A stretch of 64,000 bases of DNA. Source: a virus. Its lineage: Duplodnaviria; Caudoviricetes. Below the pieces are notes generated by a model. It searched no databases. It saw only the letters and a list, made by a program, of their open reading frames with translations, and was not told the DNA's origin. The stretch is from positions 1-64,000 of the IMG/VR virus record IMGVR_UViG_3300042562_000747; one strand, 5' to 3'. The translations under genes were made by a program, and so were the position numbers. Shown here piece by piece: positions 30,021-40,672 of this stretch (position 1 is its first letter; each line of letters starts with the position of its first letter).

Positions 30021-31030
30021 TTATTTAAAATATTTGTAATTTCATATATCCATTCCTCTTTACTACTATATTGTTGTAATGCTTCTTTTAATTTAAAAAA
30101 GTTATATTGTCTTTCTAATTCAAAATCATTACACATTATTTCATACATCTTATTAAATTCCTCTTTTGTATTTGCTCTATATTTGTAATCTATTTTAGGT
30201 AACCAAAACTTATTTAGAATTGGAAGCTTACCATAATCAATTGCGTTAAATATAGAATAACCAAATGGTTCGTTTACATAACATCCGTGAAATACCGTAA
30301 AGTCTAAGTTAAAGAAATTTCTGTGGTTTTCCAAATTATATGGGTAGAATCTTACTTTTTTTAAATCTAAGTTTAATCCTTCTTTTAAATTTTCATATCC
30401 CATCCAATCGGTAATAGCATATCCTTTATGTTTATCTAAGAAATGAAAACACTTTCTTGTCTCACTTCTTGCCGCATATCCTATCTTATCCGTATTCCAT
30501 CTATATTCTATATTATGATTAAACTCATAGTAATTTGATATCTGAATTGTTTTTTCTTTAAAATCTGTTTGTACTAATCCATTATTACAACCAATCCAAA
30601 CTATTTGTTTACATTTTTCTAATACATCCTGTTCCCATTGTAAATCCATTGTAGTAGGTAAATAAACTCTATCTAATCCTAAATCTATATTGGTGTTTAT
30701 AATTTCTTTTATATAAGCGTGACAAAATATTGTATGGAATTTATGTTTGTATTCCCACAATTCATCTCTACGATAATAGTTGTTGTGTAAAAAATGTATT
30801 CTTCTACAATTTCTTAAAAGTGGTGGTATTAATAGTGGTGTTTCTTTTGAAAATACAAATTGACAAGGAATAGATGTGGGGTTAAATCCATTTGGTTTTC
30901 TACCATCAATTAATAATATTATTGGGTATTTTAAATATGGTACAACATTCTCTAAAAAATTATTTACCCATATATCACTACCACCCATCGGAACATTACC
31001 TGCTCCAGTCGTAACTAATAAATCAAACAT
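30017..31030 (-). CDS. GT-B (GT4-like) glycosyltransferase
   Basis: GGSDIW at the N-terminus, R..RK, EPFGYSIFNAIDYG. Confidence 0.75.
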   Translation of the reverse strand: MFDLLVTTGAGNVPMGGSDIWVNNFLENVVPYLKYPIILLIDGRKPNGFNPTSIPCQFVFSKETPLLIPPLLRNCRRIHFLHNNYYRRDELWEYKHKFHTIFCHAYIKEIINTNIDLGLDRVYLPTTMDLQWEQDVLEKCKQIVWIGCNNGLVQTDFKEKTIQISNYYEFNHNIEYRWNTDKIGYAARSETRKCFHFLDKHKGYAITDWMGYENLKEGLNLDLKKVRFYPYNLENHRNFFNLDFTVFHGCYVNEPFGYSIFNAIDYGKLPILNKFWLPKIDYKYRANTKEEFNKMYEIMCNDFELERQYNFFKLKEALQQYSSKEEWIYEITNILNK

Positions 31031-31037
31031 AACTTAT

Positions 31038-31298
31038 TTATTTATAGGGTGTTTCACCTAATATTTCTACATCCCATAATGCTTTCACATCACTTAAATT
31101 AGTAATTGAACCTGAATCAATATTCGTTGCATCTCTTAGTGCTTGTTTTTTTGCACCAATTTCTGCTGCTAATGTTGTATTTCCTACTTCTAATGCTCTC
31201 ATAAATTGTACATCCAAATCTTTAAAAATAATTTCTCTCTTTGTTCTAATTTGGGTTTTATGTACATCTAATGCTCTATTTACATTTATATTTAACAT
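31038..31298 (-). CDS. Tail fibre assembly chaperone-like protein
   Basis: IRTKR..LD..FMRALE..KKQALRDAT; second gene after the tail fibre. Confidence 0.7.
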   Translation of the reverse strand: MLNINVNRALDVHKTQIRTKREIIFKDLDVQFMRALEVGNTTLAAEIGAKKQALRDATNIDSGSITNLSDVKALWDVEILGETPYK

Positions 31299-31303
31299 AT
31301 TAT

Positions 31304-31591
31304 TTAATTTGTAACCCAGTCAATAAAACCGGAAGCTTTAAGTGATTTTAAAATTTTTTCATTAGTACCATACCCATCTGGATTAGAAAAGTCCGGAGCA
31401 TATGCATCATGAAACATACTATCATATTCTATACTTTCTACTATTAAAAATGGATACGCGTTTGGTGTCACCTCTCTTGCATCCTGTACGGCATCTAATT
31501 TATTATCAGATTTAGTGGTTATAAGACTTGTACATAATTCTGATATTGTGTCTGGATGCGTGTTTGGAAATATTGTTATATATGTTTTCAT
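31304..31591 (-). CDS. Tail fibre-associated small protein
   Basis: Position after the fibre; DFSNPDGYG motif. Confidence 0.5.
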   Translation of the reverse strand: MKTYITIFPNTHPDTISELCTSLITTKSDNKLDAVQDAREVTPNAYPFLIVESIEYDSMFHDAYAPDFSNPDGYGTNEKILKSLKASGFIDWVTN

Positions 31592-31616
31592 TGTATTTTA
31601 ATTTAAATTACTATTA

Positions 31617-34600
31617 TTATTGAATTATCATTATTGATACAAACCTATTATCCGGTGTTTCGACACCTAAATCCATAGTAAATCCTGTGTGGAATATATT
31701 ACTTATACCTGCCTGTTGAAATTGTGTGGGGCCGTCATTGGTTCTATTTCCTATAAATACACTATATGTACCACCACCGGAGTATGCACCATATGAATCC
31801 ATAATTGCTTCTGCAAATGTTACTTGAAATTTACCATAACTAATTCTAGTTATACTTTCAATATTATATGCGTAAGGCCACCAAGAATCTTCGTATACAC
31901 TAAATCCGGTATTAGTATTTGGTTGAAACCATCCATATGCTCTAGTTAAATTAAATGACCGTGCATATCCACCAAAGAAAAATGAAGTAATAAAATTACC
32001 ACCAGCTGCTCTATTTGCAAATGAATATTGTGCACTTCGGATATATTGTTTTTGTTTACCACTATGCCAATCATTTTTATCAGTTGCATTTAATACAACC
32101 AAAGTACCACCCATTATACCGGTAACTTCCGTATTTCCCTGGTCACCCAAATATTGTGGTGGAGAAGCACCATACAATGCAGGGTCATTATACATATACC
32201 AACCTGATGGCCTGATTTGTAAGTATCTATTTGTATCTTGTACAACCTGAAATCCTTGTTGGTTTATATTTGTTTTAGGCACATTGGAAATATATTGCAC
32301 ATTTGTTGCCGGCCAATATGCGTTAATTGTCAAATTTGCACCATAAGGAATATTATAAACTATATATTGTATTGTAAATCTAACAGCAACACCTGCGGTT
32401 AATAATTGGTTAGAGAAATATGCACCTGTTCCATCTCTGTCATATTGATTACCATATGTTCCAGGTGCAAAATACGGACGACCTGCAGGTGGAGTTGCAT
32501 TAACATCTGCACCTTCTACCGGGCCTTCGATATATTCTCTACCTTCATCGTTTATTAAAGAATTACCCGCCATATCATATATGTATGCTCTTAATCCTTG
32601 ATAACCACCACCAGTTCCACTACTTCCCAACCCAACATGCTTTGGAAACCAAGTTGTAAATTCATAGAATCCTGTAATAGTTGGTGTAAATACAACTTGT
32701 TGTGACCATTGTAATGAATATGTATTAGTTCCCGCATTGTACGTTACTGCAGTATTACCACCAGATGCTGCACCATTATTATAGTAACTTGTTTGTGCAG
32801 CTTGTGCCGGTACTACAATGTTTCCACTATCACTACCCGCTGAAGGACTTGGTAATGTTGCACTTGAATCTATTGTTACTTTATTTTGACCGGCTGAATC
32901 TTTTAATTCAATAAATCCAGTACTATATAAATAAGTTTGTGAATTTGATGAACGTAAATATCCATTACCAATTTCCCATCCTCCAATATTTCCAGATATA
33001 GTTGTTATATTTCCATTTACGGTTAGGGTATTATTTGCTGCATTAAAATTTAATTTGTTACTTAATGAAAAATAACCACCATCATTTATATAGAATCCAG
33101 TATCTGCATTATACCAATTTCCTGCTCCTGAATATATTGCTTTGTTTAATCCACTAATTGTTAATGCACTAGTACCACCAACCTTTACTGTATTTGAAAA
33201 ATACCCATCGGCTCCTGCTATAATAGGAGATACGATACTTTGTCCTGAAATTAATGTTCCCCCGCTATAAGAACCATTTGCTATATTATCTGCAATTGTT
33301 TTTGCATTTGTGTATGCTGTATTTGCTGATAAATATGCTGAATGCGAAGCGTTACTATATGCTCCTGCTGCCATTATAAATGCACTTGATGATGCATTTG
33401 TGTATGCACCACCTGCTATTGTAAATGCGGAGGCGGATGCATTTGTGTATGCACCACCTGCCATTGTAAATGCGGAGGCGGATGCATTTGATTGTGCTGT
33501 ATTTGCAGAATTAGTTGCCATTGTAAAAGCAGAGGCAGATGTTGCTGCATCACCACCGGTAACGTTAATAATACCATTTATAGTTAATACACCATTTGCC
33601 CAAGTTAAAGCATTGGTTCCAGGTCCACTTAAATAAAAGTTACCATTGTTAGCCATATAGGTTTTCCAATCAGTTCCATTGTAATATCCTAAATAAGATG
33701 AGCCTAAATATAACCCCGATGTACTACCTACCAAAACAACAGGTGGTCTATTTATTAAACCAGTTGTAGAGGTAAATATATTTGGTGCTAAAGAATTACT
33801 AACATTATTTGCTGCATTTGAACCCGAAGTTACTGCGTTTGCAGCTGCCGTTGCAACACTACTTGTTGTTGCAGCATTTCCACCTTGAATATTAATTACA
33901 CCTTGAACTTGTAATGTTCCTAATGAACTATTCCAAGCTAAAAAATTATTGTTTGAACCAGTAAGATAGAAATCACCCTGATTATCCATATATGTTTTCC
34001 AACTACTTCCACTATAAAATCCTAAATAAGTTGAACCTAAATATAATCCATTTATTGTGGATGATGTTGTTGGTGTTTTATTTAATTTACCATTTTCATC
34101 TGTAAAAATAAATTTCTCTAAATATGCGGATGCTGAATAAACTGTAAAAGATGAATTAGATACTGAACTACTAATATTTGATAAGGATGCACTTAATGAT
34201 GAGGATAAAGTTGATAATGATGTACTTACTGATGAACTTAAATTAACTACACTTCCACTTACTACATTGATAGAACTACTCAATGAACCACTTACTAAAT
34301 TTATAGATGTGCTCACCGAACCACTTAATGTAGATACCGATGCACTTGTAAATAATGATGCCGTAAATGTTGATTGAGAAATACTACTACTTAAAGATGC
34401 ACTTGTTGCGGCAATACTGCTACTTACACTTTGTGATGTTGATGAAATACTACTACTAACTGATTGTGATAATGCAGTTAATGCCGCGTTTGATGATGAT
34501 GCTGAACCACTAATCAACGCCTGTGTTAAACTATTGCCCCCATTAAATGTTGCACTTTGTGTTACTGCAACTGGAACATAATTATTGTTTATATCATAAA

Positions 34601-35813
34601 ATTCAAACTTAAAATTAAAAATATCATTACCTAATATAGTTGGCATTGATGTAATAAAACTAATTTCGTTTGGGGAGAATGCGGTATCTTGTGAAAGGTT
34701 TAACGATATATTTCCAACATGCCATTGGTTTGTTCCAGATGATTGTGATAAGTATAAACTTGCAGTTGGTTCATCCTTTGGTATTTTAAATGCAGTTATA
34801 GTTGTTTCAAAGTTTTTAGTTGGAATTGAACCACTAAATGTTGTAATTGGAATTTCACCATTTTGAGTACCACTTATATACGCTACTAAATTTGTTGCAC
34901 TTGAACCTGTATAAAATACATCTAATTGTAATTCATATGTATTTGAACTAAGTAAATTTAATGATGATGTAAAACTGAATTTACCACTACCACTTAATTG
35001 TAAACCATTTTCAACATTGGTTGTATCTAATACGGCGTACAATGAACTTGTATTCCAAACTTTACTTAAAGTATCAGGACCAAATGTTCCTGCATTTCCA
35101 ACTACACTCCCACTTAATTCATATGTAGTTAAAAGATTTTTAGCTTCTATTGAAATATCTTGTATTAAATCATAATCCGATATATCACCTTCGGATGTTC
35201 TATATACTTTAACTCTAGCTACATCTCCGGCGAATGTATCTAATTGATTTACAGTTATACTTGCAAATGATTGTGTTACTAACGATGCTACTTTACTACC
35301 ACTTACAATTGAATATAATGGTTGTAATAATTCTGTAATTGTAACTACCGGTCTTTTTTTAAATCTTACTCTTGTAGTGTTGGATAATGCTGGATTAATA
35401 TTAACTCTACCCTGCCACTTTACATTATATTTGTTTTGCCAATCAATTGGAACATTTACATTTTTAGTATTAAGTTCACCTAAAATTGTAATTGTTGCCG
35501 GTCCAAATGCGGTTTCGGTTGGATAAACATATACTGCTACTACTTTAGAATTACCTTCATAGTATTCGTTTGGACTACCATCTGAAAATTCATGATAAAC
35601 AATATTGCCAGCTGCATCTCTAATTTGAATTTTTATTTCTGAATTCGCTTCTAATAAATCAGAACCTGCTATTAGGAATGCGTTTTTACCTCCTGAAAAA
35701 GAATCGGAGAGTTCACTTATATTAAAGTATTCTGAATTTATTGAAGTATCTGTAATTAGTGTCTGTACTAATTCTAATTTTTCTTCGGGTGCAACTTTTA
35801 TATCAACGGCCAT
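31617..35813 (-). CDS. Long tail fibre / receptor-binding protein
   Basis: S/T/G/N-rich 1398 aa, SGNIGGW motif, internal repeats, C-terminal SITRISYGKFQVTF tip domain, downstream chaperones. Confidence 0.8.
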   Translation of the reverse strand: MAVDIKVAPEEKLELVQTLITDTSINSEYFNISELSDSFSGGKNAFLIAGSDLLEANSEIKIQIRDAAGNIVYHEFSDGSPNEYYEGNSKVVAVYVYPTETAFGPATITILGELNTKNVNVPIDWQNKYNVKWQGRVNINPALSNTTRVRFKKRPVVTITELLQPLYSIVSGSKVASLVTQSFASITVNQLDTFAGDVARVKVYRTSEGDISDYDLIQDISIEAKNLLTTYELSGSVVGNAGTFGPDTLSKVWNTSSLYAVLDTTNVENGLQLSGSGKFSFTSSLNLLSSNTYELQLDVFYTGSSATNLVAYISGTQNGEIPITTFSGSIPTKNFETTITAFKIPKDEPTASLYLSQSSGTNQWHVGNISLNLSQDTAFSPNEISFITSMPTILGNDIFNFKFEFYDINNNYVPVAVTQSATFNGGNSLTQALISGSASSSNAALTALSQSVSSSISSTSQSVSSSIAATSASLSSSISQSTFTASLFTSASVSTLSGSVSTSINLVSGSLSSSINVVSGSVVNLSSSVSTSLSTLSSSLSASLSNISSSVSNSSFTVYSASAYLEKFIFTDENGKLNKTPTTSSTINGLYLGSTYLGFYSGSSWKTYMDNQGDFYLTGSNNNFLAWNSSLGTLQVQGVINIQGGNAATTSSVATAAANAVTSGSNAANNVSNSLAPNIFTSTTGLINRPPVVLVGSTSGLYLGSSYLGYYNGTDWKTYMANNGNFYLSGPGTNALTWANGVLTINGIINVTGGDAATSASAFTMATNSANTAQSNASASAFTMAGGAYTNASASAFTIAGGAYTNASSSAFIMAAGAYSNASHSAYLSANTAYTNAKTIADNIANGSYSGGTLISGQSIVSPIIAGADGYFSNTVKVGGTSALTISGLNKAIYSGAGNWYNADTGFYINDGGYFSLSNKLNFNAANNTLTVNGNITTISGNIGGWEIGNGYLRSSNSQTYLYSTGFIELKDSAGQNKVTIDSSATLPSPSAGSDSGNIVVPAQAAQTSYYNNGAASGGNTAVTYNAGTNTYSLQWSQQVVFTPTITGFYEFTTWFPKHVGLGSSGTGGGYQGLRAYIYDMAGNSLINDEGREYIEGPVEGADVNATPPAGRPYFAPGTYGNQYDRDGTGAYFSNQLLTAGVAVRFTIQYIVYNIPYGANLTINAYWPATNVQYISNVPKTNINQQGFQVVQDTNRYLQIRPSGWYMYNDPALYGASPPQYLGDQGNTEVTGIMGGTLVVLNATDKNDWHSGKQKQYIRSAQYSFANRAAGGNFITSFFFGGYARSFNLTRAYGWFQPNTNTGFSVYEDSWWPYAYNIESITRISYGKFQVTFAEAIMDSYGAYSGGGTYSVFIGNRTNDGPTQFQQAGISNIFHTGFTMDLGVETPDNRFVSIMIIQ
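33300..33540 (-). repeat. 45-bp tandem coding repeat (ASASAFTxAGGAYTN), about 4-5 degenerate copies
   Basis: gtaaatgcggaggcggatgcatttg occurs twice; tgcatttgtgtatgc occurs three times. Confidence 0.85.
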
Positions 35814-35830
35814 TTATAGAATGTATTTCT

Positions 35831-35839
35831 TATAAATAT
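35831..35839 (-). promoter_or_regulatory. Putative late promoter ATATTTATA upstream of the tail fibre
   Basis: The same motif recurs before many gene starts (see findings). Confidence 0.6.
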
Positions 35840-35844
35840 TCCAT

Positions 35845-36486
35845 TTATTTATTATTATATATAAATGAAGTTAAAATAGCAAATCGTTTAAAGTTATCAT
35901 CTAACACTTCGGTTACTTCGTGTTTTGGATTTGCGGTTGTAAAATCTAATACTGCCAATGCACCAAACTCTGGTTTTACTACAACATTACCATTTATAAC
36001 TAATTCACCACCATACCCATCCTTATAATCTTCATTTAAATAAAGTAAAATATTACATATTTTATTTTTACTAATACCATCTTGATGTTGATTTATATAA
36101 CATTGTTTATTATACATAGTATAAGATAAATGACAATTTTCTAAATCGTATAAATCAGCAGGATAACATTCTTGTATTAAACTTCTAAAAACTTCATCTT
36201 TAATAAATTCTACTTCATCTCTATCTAAAAATTTATATAAATTATGATTAGAATACCAGAATTGCCATTTCTTTAATGGTGCATATTCTTTTTTTAATTC
36301 CTCTAATACTTCAAAATCGGTATCATGTGTGTAACCCGTTTCACCACAAGACGTATGTGTTGCATCTCTAAATTCTATATCTTTTATTTTACTAAAAATT
36401 TGTTTTAGTTTTTCAGTTATAGTAGGATTTATTGTTGTTGTATAATATCCTTTACTTGTTAATTGATTGTGTATTTTTTCATTCAT
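35845..36486 (-). CDS. 2OG-Fe(II) oxygenase
   Basis: HQD..YLNEDY..GGEL..HEV..R; paralog of 10805 and 11462. Confidence 0.85.
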   Translation of the reverse strand: MNEKIHNQLTSKGYYTTTINPTITEKLKQIFSKIKDIEFRDATHTSCGETGYTHDTDFEVLEELKKEYAPLKKWQFWYSNHNLYKFLDRDEVEFIKDEVFRSLIQECYPADLYDLENCHLSYTMYNKQCYINQHQDGISKNKICNILLYLNEDYKDGYGGELVINGNVVVKPEFGALAVLDFTTANPKHEVTEVLDDNFKRFAILTSFIYNNK

Positions 36487-36498
36487 AGAAATAAATAT

Positions 36499-39400
36499 CT
36501 ATTTATATTGAATTTGAGAAAATCCATCTACTTTTTTAATCTCAACCAATGTATCTACAATATCTCGCATTGCATCCAAGTGAGAAATGATATTAATGAA
36601 ATCGAATTGTGTTTTAAGGTAATCAAACATCATAAATATAGATTGTAAATTGTCACTATCTAATGTACCAAATCCTTCATCAATAACTAAAAAGTTTGGA
36701 CGAGGTAAATTACATACATTAATAAGTGCAACTCTAATTGCTAATCCACTTACGAATTTTTCCATACCACTACACATCTCTAATGGCCAATGTTGGTCCT
36801 CATAAACAATCCTAGCGTTCACATTCTTGCCACTCATATCAAATACGATACCAAACTCTACAATTTGCTGTAAGATGTTATTAACCTCACCTTCTATCAC
36901 CGGTAAAGCCTTTGCAATCAATTCATATGAAACACCATCTCTCTTAACTGCATCTAAGTAGTATTCGTAGATTTGGAACTTTTCTTCTAAATCTTTTGCT
37001 TCTGTCATCTTATCGGTAACTGATGTAATATAAGATTGTGTTTGAACTATCTGTCCATTCATATCTAATAATCGTGCAGCTATCTCTCTTAGGTCTTTAC
37101 TAACTCCCGCTAACTCTTGTTTCTTAATATCAATTTGTTCCTCTAATGAATCATTGTTTTGAATAGTAGTTTCGTTAGCGTGGTATCTTTCAATATCTAA
37201 TTCTACTGCTGTTAATTGTGCTTCATACAATTCTTTTTGAGTAATCAATCCACTTAATTCTAAGTATGTAGTTTTATGAAGGGCTTTACCTTTTTCCAAT
37301 TTAGATTTGTAATCTTCAAATTGAGAATATTGTTCATCAATACCTTCCCAAGAATCTAAAGTTTGTTGAATACCAGTTGCATCAATTGTTGCTTGTTTAA
37401 GTGCTTCTTTCAATTGAGGTAATAACTCTTTTACTCTCATTGCATCTTTTACAAAAGTATTATCACAACAAAACTTACAATTAGGGTCATATTCATGATT
37501 ATCCAAATGTTTTATCGTTTCTTCTGCGGAACTTAGGTGTACTTTTGCAATATCATAAATTTTCGTAGCTTCAATTAAATCCTTTTGTTGTTGTTGATAG
37601 TTGGAATATACAACATCTATATCAATACCATTAAATTGTTTTTTACTATCAATTGCAATTGTCAACTCAGCCATTACATCCATTATCTTACCAATACTTA
37701 AAGATTTGGTTTGTATAGTTGCATCGGAGCCTGTGATTTGGGATTGTAAAGTTGATTGTTTACTTTCTAATTCAGTAATATCTAAGTTACCATCAATAGG
37801 AACTAATTGAGCTGATAGATTAGTTATTTCTTCATTCAAATCATCTTGTCTATCTTCGTAACCTTCTTTCTCAATTTCAAATTCCTCATACTCATCCTTT
37901 AAGGTTTCTAATTTATTTTCAGCAATTGCTAATTCAGATGTAAAATCAGTTCTCTTAAAGTTTCTTAATAAGACCTGAACTTCTTTAATATCTTCACTTG
38001 CTAAATCATATAACTTATCAAATACATTAATACCCATAAACTGAGCTAATAAATCCTTTCTTTCTGATTGTGATTTATCAATGAATAAAGAATTGTTTCC
38101 TTGTAAAGATAATGCAGTTAATACAAAATCCTCATACTTTCCTAAATAAGATTCAATTACTTTATCCGTTCCTCTACGTTCATCACCATTTAAGTTTACA
38201 ATTTCGCCACCCTCTATTTTCCAAAAGTTTACATCACATTTAACCGCATCACCTTTCTTTGTAGTTTTAGCAGTTCTCTCAATAAAAAATCTCTCATCAT
38301 TAATATCAAACTCTAACTTACAACTAAATGATGTTTTACGATTGTTTAGAATGTTAGCTGCCTTAAATGCTCTACTACTTTTATCAAATATACAAAATGA
38401 AAGAGCATCAAATAAAGAGGACTTACCACTAGCGTTTGGAGCGAACACCCCCATTAACCCTTTCATATTCTCAAAGTTAACGATATTATCCTCACCATAA
38501 GAGAACATATTATCAAACTCAAAACGAATTGGTTTCCAAGCTATGTTCTTAACTAAATCATCATCGTTTAATCGTTTGTTTAGTTTATTGTTCAAATCCT
38601 CAATCTTACCTAATGTTTCATTATCCAACATATAGTTTCTACCTAAGTAATCTTTAATAAGACCGGCTTGGTATTGAGGGTCATTCACATTACCTACGTT
38701 TAATTTACCATCTTTGGTACCCGTCCTTAAACGAGCCAAAGTGTCGGTACGAGTAATAGTGAACTCATCTACTTTATATTTCTTTTTAATCTCCGTAGTA
38801 ACTCTCTTAATATCTGCTGCATCGGTTTTAGATACGAACACTCTAAGACGAGGTTTCATTGGCATATCGGTTACATCTGGCACAACACCATTCTCAACGT
38901 GCAAAGTATAATAACCATAATCATTCTGAACATCTACATATTCAACTGATAAATCATCAACATTCCAAATAGCATAACCATGCTTGTCTAATGCTTCACC
39001 ATGATTCTGTTGTATTAAAGAACCTGGATAAACTACTTTACATCCTTCAGGAGAAATCATAGTTTGTCTTCTATGTATATCCCCTAATAAAGCTAAATCA
39101 TATCCATCAAACATTTCTGATGTAAAATGACGAGAGGAAATTGTATAACCAACATCCGTAGTTGCATCTAATACCGGTCCATGAAACAATGCAATATTTT
39201 TAGTATCTGATGTTAATGGTTTAAATATCCAATTCTCTTTATCATCAAAAATGGAGAATGTATCAAATCTTACACCCCCATAGGTATAACTTTGAGTATT
39301 TCTTAAATAAGTTAAATTAGGTAAATCTAATGCTTCTACAATTGGAGTTAATACATCCAATCTACCAGCATTGTTTAAGTTACAATCGTGGTTTCCAGCG

Positions 39401-39645
39401 ATTAATATGGTAGGACATAATTCACAGCACTTCTTAAGAAAATAATTTATTTCGTTAAGAAGCTCCGGTGACATTTCTAATTTTGCGTGTGCTAAGTCTC
39501 CCGCTAAATAAATAAGAGAGTCATCGACTCCCTTAGATTTAATATCATTAAATAATCTGTCAAATACCTCTCTATATTCCTGGTGTCTTTTTAGATTTCT
39601 AATGTGAATGTCTGCAATGTGATAAATCCTTTTTAATTTATTCAT
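36499..39645 (-). CDS. Fused Mre11/SbcD nuclease-Rad50/SbcC ATPase (T4 gp47-gp46-like)
   Basis: ADIH, GD, GNHD, GDIH; Walker A NASGKSS; zinc hook CKFC; signature SGMEK; Walker B IDEGFGTLD. Confidence 0.93.
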   Translation of the reverse strand: MNKLKRIYHIADIHIRNLKRHQEYREVFDRLFNDIKSKGVDDSLIYLAGDLAHAKLEMSPELLNEINYFLKKCCELCPTILIAGNHDCNLNNAGRLDVLTPIVEALDLPNLTYLRNTQSYTYGGVRFDTFSIFDDKENWIFKPLTSDTKNIALFHGPVLDATTDVGYTISSRHFTSEMFDGYDLALLGDIHRRQTMISPEGCKVVYPGSLIQQNHGEALDKHGYAIWNVDDLSVEYVDVQNDYGYYTLHVENGVVPDVTDMPMKPRLRVFVSKTDAADIKRVTTEIKKKYKVDEFTITRTDTLARLRTGTKDGKLNVGNVNDPQYQAGLIKDYLGRNYMLDNETLGKIEDLNNKLNKRLNDDDLVKNIAWKPIRFEFDNMFSYGEDNIVNFENMKGLMGVFAPNASGKSSLFDALSFCIFDKSSRAFKAANILNNRKTSFSCKLEFDINDERFFIERTAKTTKKGDAVKCDVNFWKIEGGEIVNLNGDERRGTDKVIESYLGKYEDFVLTALSLQGNNSLFIDKSQSERKDLLAQFMGINVFDKLYDLASEDIKEVQVLLRNFKRTDFTSELAIAENKLETLKDEYEEFEIEKEGYEDRQDDLNEEITNLSAQLVPIDGNLDITELESKQSTLQSQITGSDATIQTKSLSIGKIMDVMAELTIAIDSKKQFNGIDIDVVYSNYQQQQKDLIEATKIYDIAKVHLSSAEETIKHLDNHEYDPNCKFCCDNTFVKDAMRVKELLPQLKEALKQATIDATGIQQTLDSWEGIDEQYSQFEDYKSKLEKGKALHKTTYLELSGLITQKELYEAQLTAVELDIERYHANETTIQNNDSLEEQIDIKKQELAGVSKDLREIAARLLDMNGQIVQTQSYITSVTDKMTEAKDLEEKFQIYEYYLDAVKRDGVSYELIAKALPVIEGEVNNILQQIVEFGIVFDMSGKNVNARIVYEDQHWPLEMCSGMEKFVSGLAIRVALINVCNLPRPNFLVIDEGFGTLDSDNLQSIFMMFDYLKTQFDFINIISHLDAMRDIVDTLVEIKKVDGFSQIQYK

Positions 39646-39666
39646 TTATATTTTATTTGATAAATT

Positions 39667-40668
39667 CTATTTTAATATACTACTACTGAAATTAGATAGT
39701 TTTTCTCTTAATACTGTTTCCCAACTTAAAGTTACGGAATTTTTCTGATATTTCAAAATATTTTGGAAGGTATTTTCACCGGCATCTTTACTATCTAACT
39801 TAATGTTCCTCACCGACTTTACATATGGTTTTATTTTATTATATAATACCATTGCATCCTCTTGTGCATCACTATCCAAACAAATGTAGATATCAGGATT
39901 GGTATTTTTAATAGCCCCCATTAATGTTTTTTGTACAAATTTACCTAATAACGGGATAGAATTTCTTTTTAAAGCAATTGCATCAAATACACCTTCACAT
40001 AAAGTAATAGGTTGTTTCCAATCAATTTGATTAAAAAATACTATAACATCCTTAGATACAGGTGGATTTTTATATTTTTGTTTCTCTTCTGCAAAGATAC
40101 TTCTTGCTATAAAATAATTTAATTGATTTCTACTATCATATGAAGGAACGATAATTCTACCACCATATAATCCTGTTGGACAAAATCCTATGTTATATTT
40201 AATGATATGTTTTTTAGTAATACCTCTTTGTTTAAGATATGATATTGCATTTCTTTCTAATGGATTTGTAATACTATTTGATAATTCTAATGCAGATTTA
40301 AATTCAGATGGTAAAAATAATTGTGATGTGTTTTCATCATCTTCTTCTGCAATTTCTGCTGTTATTTTATCTAACAATTCTTTTATAGAACCACCCCAAT
40401 CATCTTTTAATTTTTTTCTAACTTCTTCACTCATTCCACATCTACCAATCAAATCACTTAAGTCAAAATCACTCATTCCAATTCTCTTACCTAAGTACAT
40501 AAGATTACCACCTGCATTACAAGTCCAACAATGAAACTTAAAAGTCTTATCATTTATTTGTAGTTTAGGTTTGTGGTGATGACAGAAAGGACAATGGTAT
40601 GCATACTCATTTTTCTTTAGAGGTTTGCTTGGTCCTATGTATTTATCAAAAAGTTGTATTATCTCCAT
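39667..40668 (-). CDS. dnaG: DNA primase (Zn finger + TOPRIM)
   Basis: CPFC..HCWTC, KYKN, EGVFDA, LDSDA. Confidence 0.88.
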   Translation of the reverse strand: MEIIQLFDKYIGPSKPLKKNEYAYHCPFCHHHKPKLQINDKTFKFHCWTCNAGGNLMYLGKRIGMSDFDLSDLIGRCGMSEEVRKKLKDDWGGSIKELLDKITAEIAEEDDENTSQLFLPSEFKSALELSNSITNPLERNAISYLKQRGITKKHIIKYNIGFCPTGLYGGRIIVPSYDSRNQLNYFIARSIFAEEKQKYKNPPVSKDVIVFFNQIDWKQPITLCEGVFDAIALKRNSIPLLGKFVQKTLMGAIKNTNPDIYICLDSDAQEDAMVLYNKIKPYVKSVRNIKLDSKDAGENTFQNILKYQKNSVTLSWETVLREKLSNFSSSILK

Positions 40669-40672
40669 ATAC

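Noticed and set aside
6105-31030. Bacterial O-antigen/capsule locus or prophage boundary
   Set aside because: Seamlessly coupled with virion genes, with no wzx/wzy/ABC exporter, integrase or compositional break seen.
31617-32100. Diversity-generating retroelement target at the fibre tip
   Set aside because: No template repeat or reverse transcriptase seen in the window; cannot be excluded elsewhere in the genome.
33300-33540. Possible CRISPR-like array
   Set aside because: In-frame tandem coding repeats with no unique spacers.
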